Part shown: one piece after another, positions 1 through 12,787 of the stretch | Layout of the letters: every line of letters begins with the position of its first letter | Position numbering within the stretch: position 1 is the first letter of the stretch | Assembly (NCBI GenBank): GCA_963700145.1 | Contig: OY969474.1 | Span: forward strand, 2,240,001 to 2,304,000 | DNA: 64,000 bases | Origin: an uncultured Acidobacteriota bacterium | Lineage (GTDB): Bacteria > Acidobacteriota > Thermoanaerobaculia > Multivoradales > UBA5704 | Reading direction: 5' to 3' | Position numbers and translations under genes: made by a program | Notes under the pieces: generated by a model | Seen by the model: only the letters and a program-made list of their open reading frames with translations | The model's database searches: none | Told to the model about the DNA's origin: nothing

Positions 1-559
1 CCGCCGCCTCCGCCGGCGGCGGCGCGCCCAGGAGCGCCTCCCCCACCGCCGCCGCGAGCCGCTCCGCCTGCCGCTCCGCCGCCTCGACCGTCGCCGGCCG
101 CGGCTGCGTCACCCGCCGGCGGGCGGCCGTCGCGATCTCGTCGAGCGCCTCCTCCGGCCAGGCGCGCCGGACGTGCTCGCGCGCCATCGCCACGTCCACC
201 GGCTGGCCGATCCGCTCGCCGCCCAGCGCGCTCTCCAGGGCGAACTGCCAGCGGTTGATCTGCGCCAGCCGCTCCCCCTCGACCCCCGGGTCGCCGGCGA
301 AGTCGAAGAGGGTGCGGGCGTAGGCGACGACGGCCTGGAGCCGCGCGCGCTCGGGCGCGGCGAGGAGGAGGAGCGCCGGCGCGAAGTCGCCGAGCGCCTC
401 GCGGCAGACGGCGGCGCAGAGGGCGGCGGCGCGCTCGGGGTCGAAGTCGGCGAGCGGCTCGGGGACGCCGTCGAGGCGGGCGTGGCGGCTGCGGGCGAGG
501 GCGTCGGCCCGCTCGTCGCGCGCGCCGGCAGCGGCCGGCGGGCGCTCCTCGCCGCTCAC
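1..559 (-). CDS. squalene/phytoene synthase-like protein (partial, runs off window)
   Basis: GTG at 559 overlaps the upstream stop. Manual translation FAPALLLLAAPERARLQAVVAYARTLFDFAGD...ERLAQINRW resembles the HpnC/CrtB N-terminus, but the DDxxD motif is degenerate. Confidence 0.5.
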   Translation of the reverse strand, partial: MSGEERPPAAAGARDERADALARSRHARLDGVPEPLADFDPERAAALCAAVCREALGDFAPALLLLAAPERARLQAVVAYARTLFDFAGDPGVEGERLAQINRWQFALESALGGERIGQPVDVAMAREHVRRAWPEEALDEIATAARRRVTQPRPATVEAAERQAERLAAAVGEALLGAPPPAEAA

Positions 560-1740
560 CCCAGGAGGCGCAGCAGCTCGCGCTGCGGCTCGCCGCCGGT
601 GATCTCCGCGGCCGCCGGCGTCAGCGCGACGTTGATCTCGCTGCGCACGCCGAAGTCGCCGGTCAGGTAGACGCCGGGCTCGATCGAGAAGCCGGTCATC
701 GGCAGGAGCTGGCGGGTGTCGTGGGTCTCGAGGTTGTCCATGTTGGCGCCCTGGCCGTGGTCGGAGGTGCCGATCGAGTGGCCGGTGCGGTGGATGAAGC
801 GCTCGCCGTACCCCGCGGCGCGGATCGTCTCGCGCGCCGCGTCGTCCACCTCGAAGCCGCGCACGGTCTCACGCGGATATCGGTCCCGTACCAGTTCCCA
901 GGCGGCATCGCGCGCCGCGGCGACGACGGCGAAGACCTCCGCCTGCCGCGCGGTCGGCGCCCCGGAGCAGACACCGCACCAGGTGATGTCGGCGTAGACG
1001 CTGGCCGGCCGCTTCTCCTTGGCCCACAGGTCGATGAGCAGGAAGTCCCCTTCGCGGATCGGGTCGGACCCCTCCGGCCCCGGCTGGTAGTGCGGGTCGG
1101 CGCTGTGCGCGTTGACGGCGACGATCGGATCGGCCTCGCTCCACAGGCCGGCGCGCTCGAAGGCCTCGACGATGAAGCGCTGGAGGGTGTACTCGTCGAG
1201 CAGGTCGCGGCGGCGCAGCGCGGCGCCGGCGCGGTCGAAGGCCGCGAGCACGATGCGGTGGAGCTCCGTGCAGGCGCGGCGGTGGCCGGCGAGCTGCTCC
1301 TCGCTCCAGGTGGCGGCGAAGCGCTGCACCAGGTCGGCCGCGGAGAGCAGCTCGGCGCCCGCTTCGCGCAACAGCTCGGCGGTGCCGGCGTCGAGGCGCG
1401 ACACCGAGGGGAGCTGGTTTCCCGGGCTGTACTGCGCGGCCAGCCGCCGGCGGCCGGCGACCAGCGCCGCGACCGCCGCGCGGTGCTCCTGCCAGGTCAA
1501 GTACGAGGCCTTCTCCCCGGGCAGGTGGTCGAGCATCGCCGGCTCGAGGGCGTGGACCAGCTTCTTCGGTTCGCCCTGCCGCGGCACCAGGTAGTAACAG
1601 CGCCGGGTGACCAGGCGGTCGCCGAGCCCGAGCAGGTCGAGGCTCACCGGGTCGTTCTGCTGGAAACAGGCGAAGAGCCAGGCGTCGGCGCCGGCTTCTT
1701 CCAGGGCCTCTTGGATGGCGGGGATGCGGTCGGCGAGCAT
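556..1740 (-). CDS. M24 family (Xaa-Pro) aminopeptidase
   Basis: Motifs DLWAK..YADIT, HRTGHSIG, FSIEPGVY, GVRSE. Confidence 0.9.
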   Translation of the reverse strand: MLADRIPAIQEALEEAGADAWLFACFQQNDPVSLDLLGLGDRLVTRRCYYLVPRQGEPKKLVHALEPAMLDHLPGEKASYLTWQEHRAAVAALVAGRRRLAAQYSPGNQLPSVSRLDAGTAELLREAGAELLSAADLVQRFAATWSEEQLAGHRRACTELHRIVLAAFDRAGAALRRRDLLDEYTLQRFIVEAFERAGLWSEADPIVAVNAHSADPHYQPGPEGSDPIREGDFLLIDLWAKEKRPASVYADITWCGVCSGAPTARQAEVFAVVAAARDAAWELVRDRYPRETVRGFEVDDAARETIRAAGYGERFIHRTGHSIGTSDHGQGANMDNLETHDTRQLLPMTGFSIEPGVYLTGDFGVRSEINVALTPAAAEITGGEPQRELLRLLG

Positions 1741-1849
1741 GGGGTCGGGATCTTACCGCGCAACGACAGCTTCGCCGTGCGCGGTGTCGCGAGCCGCGCG
1801 TGCGTTCCTAGTGCGGTGATCTGCGCTTGGAAAGGTTCGAACGCTGGAT

Positions 1850-2221
1850 CTAGTAGCGGTCTCGGCCGCCCCCTTCGCCGTACCCGCCACGCCCCCCGCC
1901 GCCGCCGCCGTAGCCACCCCGCCCACCGCCCCCGCCGCCGCCGTAGCCGCCGCGGCCACCGCCCCCGCCGCCGCCGCCCTCGCGCGGACGCGCCTCGTTG
2001 ACGTTGAGCTTGCGCCCCTTGAACTCCCGGCCGTTGAGGTTCTGCATCGCGTTCTCGGCCTCGGCTTTGTCCGGCATCTCGAGGAAGCCGAAGCCCTTCG
2101 ACTCGCCGGTGGCGCGGTCCTTGATGATGGTGCAGGACGATACTTGGCCGTACTCCTCGAATGCCTGCCGCAATTCATCTTCGGAGAGACGGTACGGCAG
2201 GTTCCCAACGTACAGATTCAT
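1850..2221 (-). CDS. RRM RNA-binding protein with Gly-rich tail
   Basis: MNLYVGNL (RNP2), KGFGFLEM (RNP1), RGGY repeats; ATG at 2221 with GGAG RBS. Confidence 0.95.
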   Translation of the reverse strand: MNLYVGNLPYRLSEDELRQAFEEYGQVSSCTIIKDRATGESKGFGFLEMPDKAEAENAMQNLNGREFKGRKLNVNEARPREGGGGGGGGRGGYGGGGGGGRGGYGGGGGGRGGYGEGGGRDRY

Positions 2222-2372
2222 GTGCCTTTCTCCTTGGTCATAGTCCTGGTCTGGGTTGCGCCGAATCAACTGCAAAACCGCTGCCCGCTTGGGCGGAGGT
2301 CCGCGGGCGGGCTCGGAGATTGCTAGGCCACCGGGCAGGCGGGCGGTCCAGCCCGAGCGAGGAGGGGCAGCG

Positions 2373-3215
2373 ATGATTCCAACAGGATCGCGACCGGCGG
2401 GACGGCGCTTCGGCGGGGGGCGGCTGATCATCGCCGCGATCGTCGCCATCGTCTCCATCATTACCTATTACAGCCAGCGTTCGTCCAACCCGGTGACCGG
2501 CGAGGTGCAGCACGTGGACCTCTCGCCCCAGCAGGAGGTGGCGCTCGGCCTCCAGGCGGCGCCCGAGATGGCGCAGCAGCACGGCGGCCTCCACCCCGAC
2601 GCCGAGGCGCAAGCCGTGGTGGACCGCGTCGGGCGGCGGATCGTCGAGCGCAGCGCGGCGCGCGACTCCCCCTACCAGTACGAGTTCCACGTCCTCGCCG
2701 ACGAGGACATGATCAACGCCTTCGCGCTGCCCGGCGGGCAGGTCTTCATCACCGCCGGGCTGCTCAAGCGGATGCAGACCGAGGGGCAGCTCGCCGGCGT
2801 CCTCGGGCACGAGATCGGGCACGTCGTGGCCCGCCACGGCGCCGAGCACCTGGCCAAGGCGCGCCTGACTCAAGGCCTGACTGGCGCCGCGGTGCTCGCC
2901 ACCTACGACCCCGACAACCCCGCGAGCCGCAACAGCGCGGCGGTGGCGGCCCTCATCGGCAACCTCGTCAACATGCGCTTCGGGCGCAACGACGAGCTGG
3001 AGTCCGACAAGCTCGGGGTGCGCTTCACCGCCGAGGCCGACTACGACCCGCGCGCCATGCTCGAGGTGATGCGGGTCCTCGCCGAGTCGGCGAGCGGCCC
3101 GCGCCCGCCGGAGTTCTTCAGCACCCACCCCAACCCGGAGCGGCGGGTGGAGCGCATCCAGGCGGCCATCGCCGAGGTCTTCCCCAACGGCGTGCCGGAG
3201 GAGCTGGAGGACTAG
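2373..3215 (+). CDS. M48 family zinc metalloprotease
   Basis: NAFALPGG, HEIGH, ELESD, STHP motifs; N-terminal TM; GGAGG RBS. Confidence 0.9.
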   Translation: MIPTGSRPAGRRFGGGRLIIAAIVAIVSIITYYSQRSSNPVTGEVQHVDLSPQQEVALGLQAAPEMAQQHGGLHPDAEAQAVVDRVGRRIVERSAARDSPYQYEFHVLADEDMINAFALPGGQVFITAGLLKRMQTEGQLAGVLGHEIGHVVARHGAEHLAKARLTQGLTGAAVLATYDPDNPASRNSAAVAALIGNLVNMRFGRNDELESDKLGVRFTAEADYDPRAMLEVMRVLAESASGPRPPEFFSTHPNPERRVERIQAAIAEVFPNGVPEELED

Positions 3216-3251
3216 CGCCGGCGCGCTGCGGCCAGGTGCTACCCTGGCGCC

Positions 3252-4691
3252 GTGCGCGGCCGCGGCGCCTCTCTCCTCCTCGCCCATCTCCTCGTCGCCG
3301 CCGCCCTCGGCGCGGCGTGCCGCGCGCGCGACGCGGCCGGCGGTCCGGCGCTCGCCCTCACCCACGTGACGCTGGTCGACGTCGAGGCCGGCACGCTCCT
3401 GCCGGAGCGCACCGTCGTCGTCGAAGGCGACCGCCTCCTCGCCGCCGGCCCCGGCCGCTCGACCGCCGTGCCCGCCGGCGCGCGCGTCGTCGACGGCCGC
3501 GGGCGCTACCTGGTCCCCGGCCTCTGGGACCACCACGTCCACATCAGCGCCCCGGACCGCGTCCTGCCCCTCTTCCTCGCCCACGGCGTCACCGGCGTCC
3601 GCGACATGGGCAACGCGCCGCTCGTCTTCCGCTGGCGCGAGGAGGTCGATCGGGGGCGGCGCCTCGGGCCGCGGATCGTGGCCTGCGGGCCGATCGTCGA
3701 CGGGCCGCAGCCGTCGGCCGCGGCCTACACCTTCGTGGTGGCGAGCCCGGAGGACGGGCGGCGGGCGGTCGTGCGGCTCGCCCGGCTCGGCGCCGACTGC
3801 GTCAAGGTCTACGACGAGGTGCCGCGCGCGGCCTACCACGCGGTGGCCGAGGAGGCGCGGCGGCGCGGGCTGCCGCTCGTCGGCCACGTCCCCAACGCCG
3901 TGACGCTCGAGGAGGCCGCCGCCGCCGGGCAGGCCACGAACGAGCACCTGGGCGGGCTCCTCGAGGCCGGCTCGCGCGAGGCGGGGGCGCTGCGGCGCGC
4001 GCTGCTCCACGCGCCGCCGCCGGCGCGGTGGGAGGACATCCCCGACCGCATCGCCGCGCGCGGCGAGCGCGCCCTCGCCACCTGGGACGCCGCGACCGCG
4101 GCGCGCCTCTTCCGCGCTCTAAGGTCCGGCGGCCTGGCGCAGGTGCCGACCCTGGTCACCAAGCGCGTGCAGTCGCGCATCGACGAGATCGCCGCCGCGC
4201 CCGATCCGCGCCTCCGTTGGGTCTCCCAATACGATCAATCCTGGTGGCGGCCGGCGCGCAACTACCTCTTCCGCTTCCGCACGCCCGCCTACCTGGCCTA
4301 TCGCCACCGCGCCTACGCCCGCGAGCTGGCGCTGGTCGGCGAGCTGCACCGCGCCGGCGTCCGGGTCCTCGCCGGCACCGACCTCGGCACCCCTTGGATC
4401 TACCCCGGGGCGAGCCTCCACGACGAGCTGGAGCTGCTGGTCGAGGCGGGGCTGCCGCCGCGGGCGGCGCTGGCCGCGGCGACGACGCCGCCGGCAGGGA
4501 TCGAGGTGCCGTCCGGCGACTGGGTCCTCCTCGCCGCCGATCCGCTGGCCGACATCCGCAACGTGCGGCAGATCGAAGGGGTGGTGGTGCGCGGGCGGTG
4601 GCTGGACCGGGCGGCGCTCGACCGCCTGCTGGCGGCCGCCGCTCAGACGGTGACGAGCGGCATCGCCGAGCCCGCGGGGCGGGAGCGGTAG
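3252..4691 (+). CDS. secreted amidohydrolase family protein
   Basis: Signal/lipoprotein-like N-terminus; PGLWDHHVH, GVTGVRDMG, LAGTD. Confidence 0.85.
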   Translation: MRGRGASLLLAHLLVAAALGAACRARDAAGGPALALTHVTLVDVEAGTLLPERTVVVEGDRLLAAGPGRSTAVPAGARVVDGRGRYLVPGLWDHHVHISAPDRVLPLFLAHGVTGVRDMGNAPLVFRWREEVDRGRRLGPRIVACGPIVDGPQPSAAAYTFVVASPEDGRRAVVRLARLGADCVKVYDEVPRAAYHAVAEEARRRGLPLVGHVPNAVTLEEAAAAGQATNEHLGGLLEAGSREAGALRRALLHAPPPARWEDIPDRIAARGERALATWDAATAARLFRALRSGGLAQVPTLVTKRVQSRIDEIAAAPDPRLRWVSQYDQSWWRPARNYLFRFRTPAYLAYRHRAYARELALVGELHRAGVRVLAGTDLGTPWIYPGASLHDELELLVEAGLPPRAALAAATTPPAGIEVPSGDWVLLAADPLADIRNVRQIEGVVVRGRWLDRAALDRLLAAAAQTVTSGIAEPAGRER

Positions 4692-5152
4692 CCGCCGGCG
4701 AGGAGCGGGCGGCGGAGCTGCTCCTGGCCGAAAAGGCGCTTCAGGAACTTCATCGCCTCCTCCTCGACCAGGCGCGGGGTGACCTGCTGGAGGTCGACCT
4801 GCCGCGCCAGGAGCGAGAAGCCGATCCCCTCGTGGGTGACCTTGACGACGCGCGAGGCGTGGTCGCCGAAGAAGAGGAGCGAGCGCTCGTAGTCCTCCCA
4901 GCGGTCGAGCTTGACCCGCATGCCGGCGGCGGTGAGGCGGTGGAAGATGGAAGCCGACTCCACCTTCCCCACCATGATGTCCTTGATCTCCTCGAGCACC
5001 GGCACGATGGTGGCGCGCACTACCTCGCTGAAGGCGTCGCGGAAGTCCTCGTTGAGCCGCTGCAGCCCCTCGGGGTTCTGCCGCTTCTCCTCGGAAAGCT
5101 CCTCGTGCCCTTTCAGCAGCTGCCGCAGCCGCTCGATGTTGTGCTTCTCCAT
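4643..5152 (-). CDS. hypothetical protein
   Basis: Protein-like composition, GGAGG RBS; no recognised motif. Confidence 0.7.
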   Translation of the reverse strand: MEKHNIERLRQLLKGHEELSEEKRQNPEGLQRLNEDFRDAFSEVVRATIVPVLEEIKDIMVGKVESASIFHRLTAAGMRVKLDRWEDYERSLLFFGDHASRVVKVTHEGIGFSLLARQVDLQQVTPRLVEEEAMKFLKRLFGQEQLRRPLLAGGYRSRPAGSAMPLVTV

Positions 5153-5180
5153 GGCGCTCGCCTCCCCGCGCCGAGCGCTT

Positions 5181-5978
5181 TCAAGTTCTCTGCCAGAGGG
5201 TGCCTTCGAGCGCCAGGAAAGCCTCCACTACACGCGGGTCGAACTGCGCCCCGCGCTCCCGTTCGAGCTCGGCGCGGGCCGCCGCCGGCGGGCGCGGCCG
5301 GCGATACGGCCGGGCGTGAGTCATGACGTCCCAGGCGTCGGCCACCGCCACCAGGCGCCCGGCCAGGGGGATGGCCTCGCCGCACAGCCCCTGCGGGTAG
5401 CCGCCGCCGTCCCAGCGCTCGTGATGGGTCAAGGCGATGTCGGAGGCGATGCGCGCCAGGGGCGAGTGGCCGCGCGCCAGGATGTCGGCGCCGATCCGCG
5501 GGTGGCGTCGCATGATCGCCAGCTCGCGCGCGGTCAGCCGCCCGGGCTTGCGCAGGATGGCGTCCGGGATCCCCACCTTGCCGACGTCGTGGAGGACGGC
5601 GGCGCGCCCGATGAGCTCCGCTTCCGGCGCCGCGATCCCGAGCGCGGCGGCGAGGCGGGCGGCGAGCCGCCCCACCCGGCGGTTGTGCTCGCCCACGCCG
5701 TCGTCCCGCAACTGGGTGACCAGCGCGAGCTGCTCCAGCACCTCCAGGCGGGCCGCCTCGAGCTGGCGCGTGCGCCGCTCCACCCGGCGCTCGAGCAGCC
5801 GGTTGAGGCGCGCCAGCCGGCGCATGTCGTCACAGAGCGCGAGGACGCCTTCGACATCCTGCGGTGACGCCGGCGGCTCGCCGCCGGCCCGTTCCAGCGC
5901 CTCGAAGAGCAGCACCCGCTCGTCGCCGCCGCGCCCCTCCCCACCCGTCAACACCTCTAGGAGCTCTGCCTGGTTCAA
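5181..5978 (-). CDS. HD-GYP c-di-GMP phosphodiesterase
   Basis: LHDVGKVGIPDAILRKPG, HHERWDGGGYP. Confidence 0.9.
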   Translation of the reverse strand: MNQAELLEVLTGGEGRGGDERVLLFEALERAGGEPPASPQDVEGVLALCDDMRRLARLNRLLERRVERRTRQLEAARLEVLEQLALVTQLRDDGVGEHNRRVGRLAARLAAALGIAAPEAELIGRAAVLHDVGKVGIPDAILRKPGRLTARELAIMRRHPRIGADILARGHSPLARIASDIALTHHERWDGGGYPQGLCGEAIPLAGRLVAVADAWDVMTHARPYRRPRPPAAARAELERERGAQFDPRVVEAFLALEGTLWQRT

Positions 5979-6086
5979 TCTTTTTCACCCGTGTCCCTCC
6001 ACGAGTGACGACATGTCTAAAAGAATGCAGGAAGGGCGCGGACACTCAAGATCCGTGCCATCCCCCAGCGGGTAGACTCGCGCCCG

Positions 6087-9308
<3,222 letters not shown>

Positions 9309-9319
9309 TCGAGAGACCC

Positions 9320-9814
9320 CTACCAGAAGGCGATCACCGCAACCAGGACGTGGGCGACGACGCCCGCGAGAACGGCGAGCGCGAAGGTCGAGGGCGGCAG
9401 CGCGCGGCGGCCGGTGGCGAGGCCATAGACGCCGAGAGGCAGATACAGCAGGGTGCCGGTGATGACACCGGGAGAGTGGGAGCCTGTGGCGAGGCTGCCG
9501 AGGGCGTGCAGGACGCCATTCACCAGGACGATGCTGCTGAACGCCGTAGGGAACCAGGCGAGGGCCGGCTTCCTGAGGGCCGCCGCGGTGAGGACCGCGA
9601 AGAGCGGCCAGACGACGCCGTTGAGGAGCAGGAAGCGGAAAGGGCTGACCTCCCTGCCGTAGGCGCGGGCCATCCAGGAGCCGAACCCCTCGCCGCCCCA
9701 CCACTCCTCGGCGAGATGGAGCAGGTAGGCGCAGGGCAGCAGCAGCGGCCACCACTCGCGAACGCGGCGACGCAGTGTGGTCTCTGAAGGCATTCCGTTA
9801 GCCTCCGCCGGCAC
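9320..9814 (-). CDS. HXXEE-domain membrane protein
   Basis: HLAEE motif, about 5 TM helices; start uncertain. Confidence 0.75.
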   Translation of the reverse strand: MPAEANGMPSETTLRRRVREWWPLLLPCAYLLHLAEEWWGGEGFGSWMARAYGREVSPFRFLLLNGVVWPLFAVLTAAALRKPALAWFPTAFSSIVLVNGVLHALGSLATGSHSPGVITGTLLYLPLGVYGLATGRRALPPSTFALAVLAGVVAHVLVAVIAFW

Positions 9815-9927
9815 GGGTTTTGCACCGTTTTCTAAAACGCGGTTACCGCCAATTCCGAGAACACCTTCGCCTACTCTGGGCTGACCGATCGGGGTTTGCT
9901 CGTGTGACTGCGACCAGGAGAACCAAC

Positions 9928-10299
9928 ATGACTACCACCACCGTAGAGACCCACCCCAACGTCCTTTCGGCCACCGCGGTCCTCGGCGACAGCGTCGTCA
10001 ACCGCGCTGGGGAAAAATTCGGCAAGATCGAGGAGCTCATGCTCGACCTGGAGAAGGGTCGCGTCGCCTACGCCGTCCTCTCCTTCGGCGGCTTCATGGG
10101 GATGGGCGAGAAGCTGTTCGCCGTCCCGTTCGAGGCCCTCAAGCTCGACGCCAGTCGTGAGCACTTCACGCTCGACGTCGACAAGGACAAGCTGAAGAAC
10201 GCCCCCAGCTTCGACCGGAACAACCCCCCGCAGGCTTCGAACCGCACCTGGGGCACCGAGGTCTACAACTTCTACGGGTACACGCCCTACTGGCAGTAA
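9928..10299 (+). CDS. PRC-barrel domain protein
   Basis: GKIEELMLD..GRVAYAVLSFGGFMGMGEKLFAVPF; AGGAG RBS. Confidence 0.9.
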   Translation: MTTTTVETHPNVLSATAVLGDSVVNRAGEKFGKIEELMLDLEKGRVAYAVLSFGGFMGMGEKLFAVPFEALKLDASREHFTLDVDKDKLKNAPSFDRNNPPQASNRTWGTEVYNFYGYTPYWQ

Positions 10300-10327
10300 G
10301 GCCCGTACAGCATCGGGACTAGGACCG

Positions 10328-10353
10328 AGGGCGGCCGCACGGCCGCCCTTCTT
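10328..10353. terminator. hairpin between convergent genes, probable intrinsic terminator
   Basis: AGGGCGGCCG-CA-CGGCCGCCCT followed by TCTT. Confidence 0.6.
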
Positions 10354-10798
10354 ACATGTAGGAACTACCAAAGGCGGCTAGAGCCTCCTGCTCGCCGAGT
10401 GTCTCAGCGCGCGCTGCAACGTCCGGCGGCACCCATTGCGGGAACGGAACCGCGTGGCTCACGTGGCGACCGGAAGGCGTGTGCTCCTGGCGCACTTGGG
10501 CCAGCTGCTCGGGCGCGAAGCGGTCGGCGAGCCGAACCAGCGCCGGCCAGAGCCGGCGATGCACCAGGGTGATCTTGCCGCCGACGAGCCGGCAGACAAG
10601 GACTTCCTCCGACTCGGTGACCGCTTCGAGGATGGCCCAGATGTGATGGCTCTGCGCGTGGGCCCACCAACTGCCCTTGATGGGCTCGCCGACGATGGCC
10701 TCGGTGAGGCGCGGCGCAGCTCCCTTGGCCGACGCGAGGACGACGCCGTGCTCGCGGATGAAGGCCAACGCCTCCTCAGCCGTTGTGCACTTGGTCAT
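10352..10798 (-). CDS. hypothetical protein
   Basis: ATG at 10798 overlaps the upstream stop; GSWWAH, CRLVGGKITLVHRRLWP. Confidence 0.7.
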   Translation of the reverse strand: MTKCTTAEEALAFIREHGVVLASAKGAAPRLTEAIVGEPIKGSWWAHAQSHHIWAILEAVTESEEVLVCRLVGGKITLVHRRLWPALVRLADRFAPEQLAQVRQEHTPSGRHVSHAVPFPQWVPPDVAARAETLGEQEALAAFGSSYM

Positions 10799-11757
10799 GA
10801 CGCCGCGAGCCACTGCTGCATCTGCTCGACGGTGACGTTCCCGCCGCTCAGGACCGCGCCGACGAGCTGACCCTCGAAGCGCCGGCGATGGGCCAGCAGG
10901 GCCGCCAGGCTCGCGGCGCCGGAGGGCTCGAGGACGAGGCCGAGCTCCCGGTGCGCACGCCGCATCGCCTCCACGATGGTCTCGTCCTCCACCAGGAGGA
11001 TGTCGTCCAGGAGGCCGGCGAGGTCGGCGAGCGCCTCCGGGTACGGGCTGGTCACGGCGATCCCGTCGGCGATGGTGTCCGCGCGCTCCGTCTCCTGCAG
11101 TCGCCCCGACCGCCACGACTGCTCAAAGGCCGGGGCGCCGCTGGCGCAGACGCCGATCATCCGCGTGGCCGGTTGGTGCGCCTTCACCCAGCGGGCGATC
11201 CCGGCGAGCAGCGAGCCGTCGCCCAGCGGCACCACGATCGCGTCGATAGGCTCGGGCCAGCGGAGCAGCTCGACCCCGATCGTGCCGGCGCCCTCGCCGA
11301 TGGCCGTCTCGCGGCCGTCTTCCACCAGCCGCGCGCCGATCTCGGCGGCGAAGCGCTTGGCCACCTCGTGGGCGGCGTCGAAGTCCTCGCCGGCCAGTCG
11401 CACCTCGGCACCGAGGGCGCGCATGCGCTCCACCTTCAGCGGGTTGGCGTGGAGGGAGGAGAAGATGGTGATCGGCAGCCCGCGCTTCCGCGCCGCGTAG
11501 GCCAGCCCCTGGCCGAAGTTGCCGGCCGTCGTGCAGACCAGATGGGGCCGGCCCTCCAGCGACGCGGCGAACCACTCCGCGCCGCGCCCCTTGAACGAGC
11601 GGATCGGGTTGAGCGTCTCGACCTTGACGACCAGGCGGCACCCGAGATCCTCGCTCAGCGTCTCCGCTTGGAACTGCGGCGAGTCGAGAAACACCCGGTC
11701 GATCACGCCGGCGGCCTGCGCGATCCGCTCGAGCGAGAGACGATGGGGCTCGGTCAC
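10795..11757 (-). CDS. PLP-dependent threonine/serine dehydratase family protein
   Basis: KVETLNPIRSFKGRGA, AGNFGQG, LEPSGAA, LSGGN; GTG at 11757. Confidence 0.9.
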   Translation of the reverse strand: MTEPHRLSLERIAQAAGVIDRVFLDSPQFQAETLSEDLGCRLVVKVETLNPIRSFKGRGAEWFAASLEGRPHLVCTTAGNFGQGLAYAARKRGLPITIFSSLHANPLKVERMRALGAEVRLAGEDFDAAHEVAKRFAAEIGARLVEDGRETAIGEGAGTIGVELLRWPEPIDAIVVPLGDGSLLAGIARWVKAHQPATRMIGVCASGAPAFEQSWRSGRLQETERADTIADGIAVTSPYPEALADLAGLLDDILLVEDETIVEAMRRAHRELGLVLEPSGAASLAALLAHRRRFEGQLVGAVLSGGNVTVEQMQQWLAAS

Positions 11758-12119
11758 GCCAGGTCGACGATCGTCTTGAAGCCTCCGTAGACCATGCGCT
11801 TGGCGTCGAAGGGCATCGCGTTCGGACCCATCATCGCCGCGAGCCGCGGGTCCTTCATCACCTTGGCGTTGACCCGGTCGCGGTGGGCGCGCGACTTGAA
11901 GACGATCCACGAGAACACGGCCGTCTCGCCGCGCTTGAGCTTCAGCAGGCGCGTGAACGACACTCCGAACTTCGTCTGGAGGTCGTCGCCGGCGCACTCC
12001 CGGTACTCCAGCGCACCGTGCTCCCGCCAGACCTTGCCGGCCTTGAGCGACATGCGGCGGTAGGCATCGAGGTTCTTCTTCGGGACAGGCACGACGTAGC
12101 CATCGGCATAATGGGGCAT
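11754..12119 (-). CDS. DUF1428 family protein
   Basis: YADGYVVPVP, WREHGALEY, MPFDAKRMVYGGF. Confidence 0.9.
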   Translation of the reverse strand: MPHYADGYVVPVPKKNLDAYRRMSLKAGKVWREHGALEYRECAGDDLQTKFGVSFTRLLKLKRGETAVFSWIVFKSRAHRDRVNAKVMKDPRLAAMMGPNAMPFDAKRMVYGGFKTIVDLA

Positions 12120-12152
12120 GCGAGGTCTCCTCGGTTGCGTTCGTTGAGATTC

Positions 12153-12398
12153 CTACTCGGGGACCTTCTCCAAAGGAATGCCTCGGCCGGCGCGAATGCT
12201 CTGGCGAGCCGCTTCGATCCGCGCCAGGAAACGCGGGTCGGACTGCAGGCGATACTCGAACCAGTCGTCCTCGGACTTGAAGCCGACGAGGACACCGGCG
12301 GGCTTGCCGTGGCGCGTGATGACGATCTCTTCCCCCTCGGCCAAGCGCAAGTAGCGGGAGAGGTCGCCCTTGACGTCGGACAGCGCAACTTTCTTCAT
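12153..12398 (-). CDS. Phd/YefM family antitoxin
   Basis: MKKVALSDVKGDLSRYL..EEIVITRHGKPAGVL; GGGAG RBS. Confidence 0.85.
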   Translation of the reverse strand: MKKVALSDVKGDLSRYLRLAEGEEIVITRHGKPAGVLVGFKSEDDWFEYRLQSDPRFLARIEAARQSIRAGRGIPLEKVPE

Positions 12399-12595
12399 TC
12401 TGATTCTCCCAGCTCCGCGAGCCAAACTGACGCTTGCGACTTGGGCACGGTAGGCGGCAAATCCAAGCCGTTTGACCGGCGAAGCTGCCTGCTCGGCCGG
12501 CGGACCGCTCAGGCAAACCCGCGAGAGAGCGGTTTCCCGGGCGGACCCCGCTGGCCGGCGGGCGGATGGACGGCATTTTCGCCGAAATGGAGCAG

Positions 12596-12780
12596 GTACG
12601 CGGACGATTGGGCTGGGTACGCCGCGGACCTGGCCCATTCGTCGGAGTATGGAGCCCATCGTCCGCGTACCCAGCCTAATCGCCGCCATACCCGGGCCAA
12701 TCGCCAGCGTATCCTGCCCAATCGCCGCCGTACCCAGCCCATTCGTCCGCGTACCCTGCCCAATCGCCGCCGTACCTGTC
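12596..12780. repeat. 21-bp-period tandem array (6 units, 12655-12780) plus an inverted copy (12596-12620)
   Basis: Units resemble CCAATCGCCGCCGTACCCAGC. 12596-12620 is the reverse complement of 12730-12754 with one mismatch. Confidence 0.85.
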
Positions 12781-12787
12781 CCATCCA

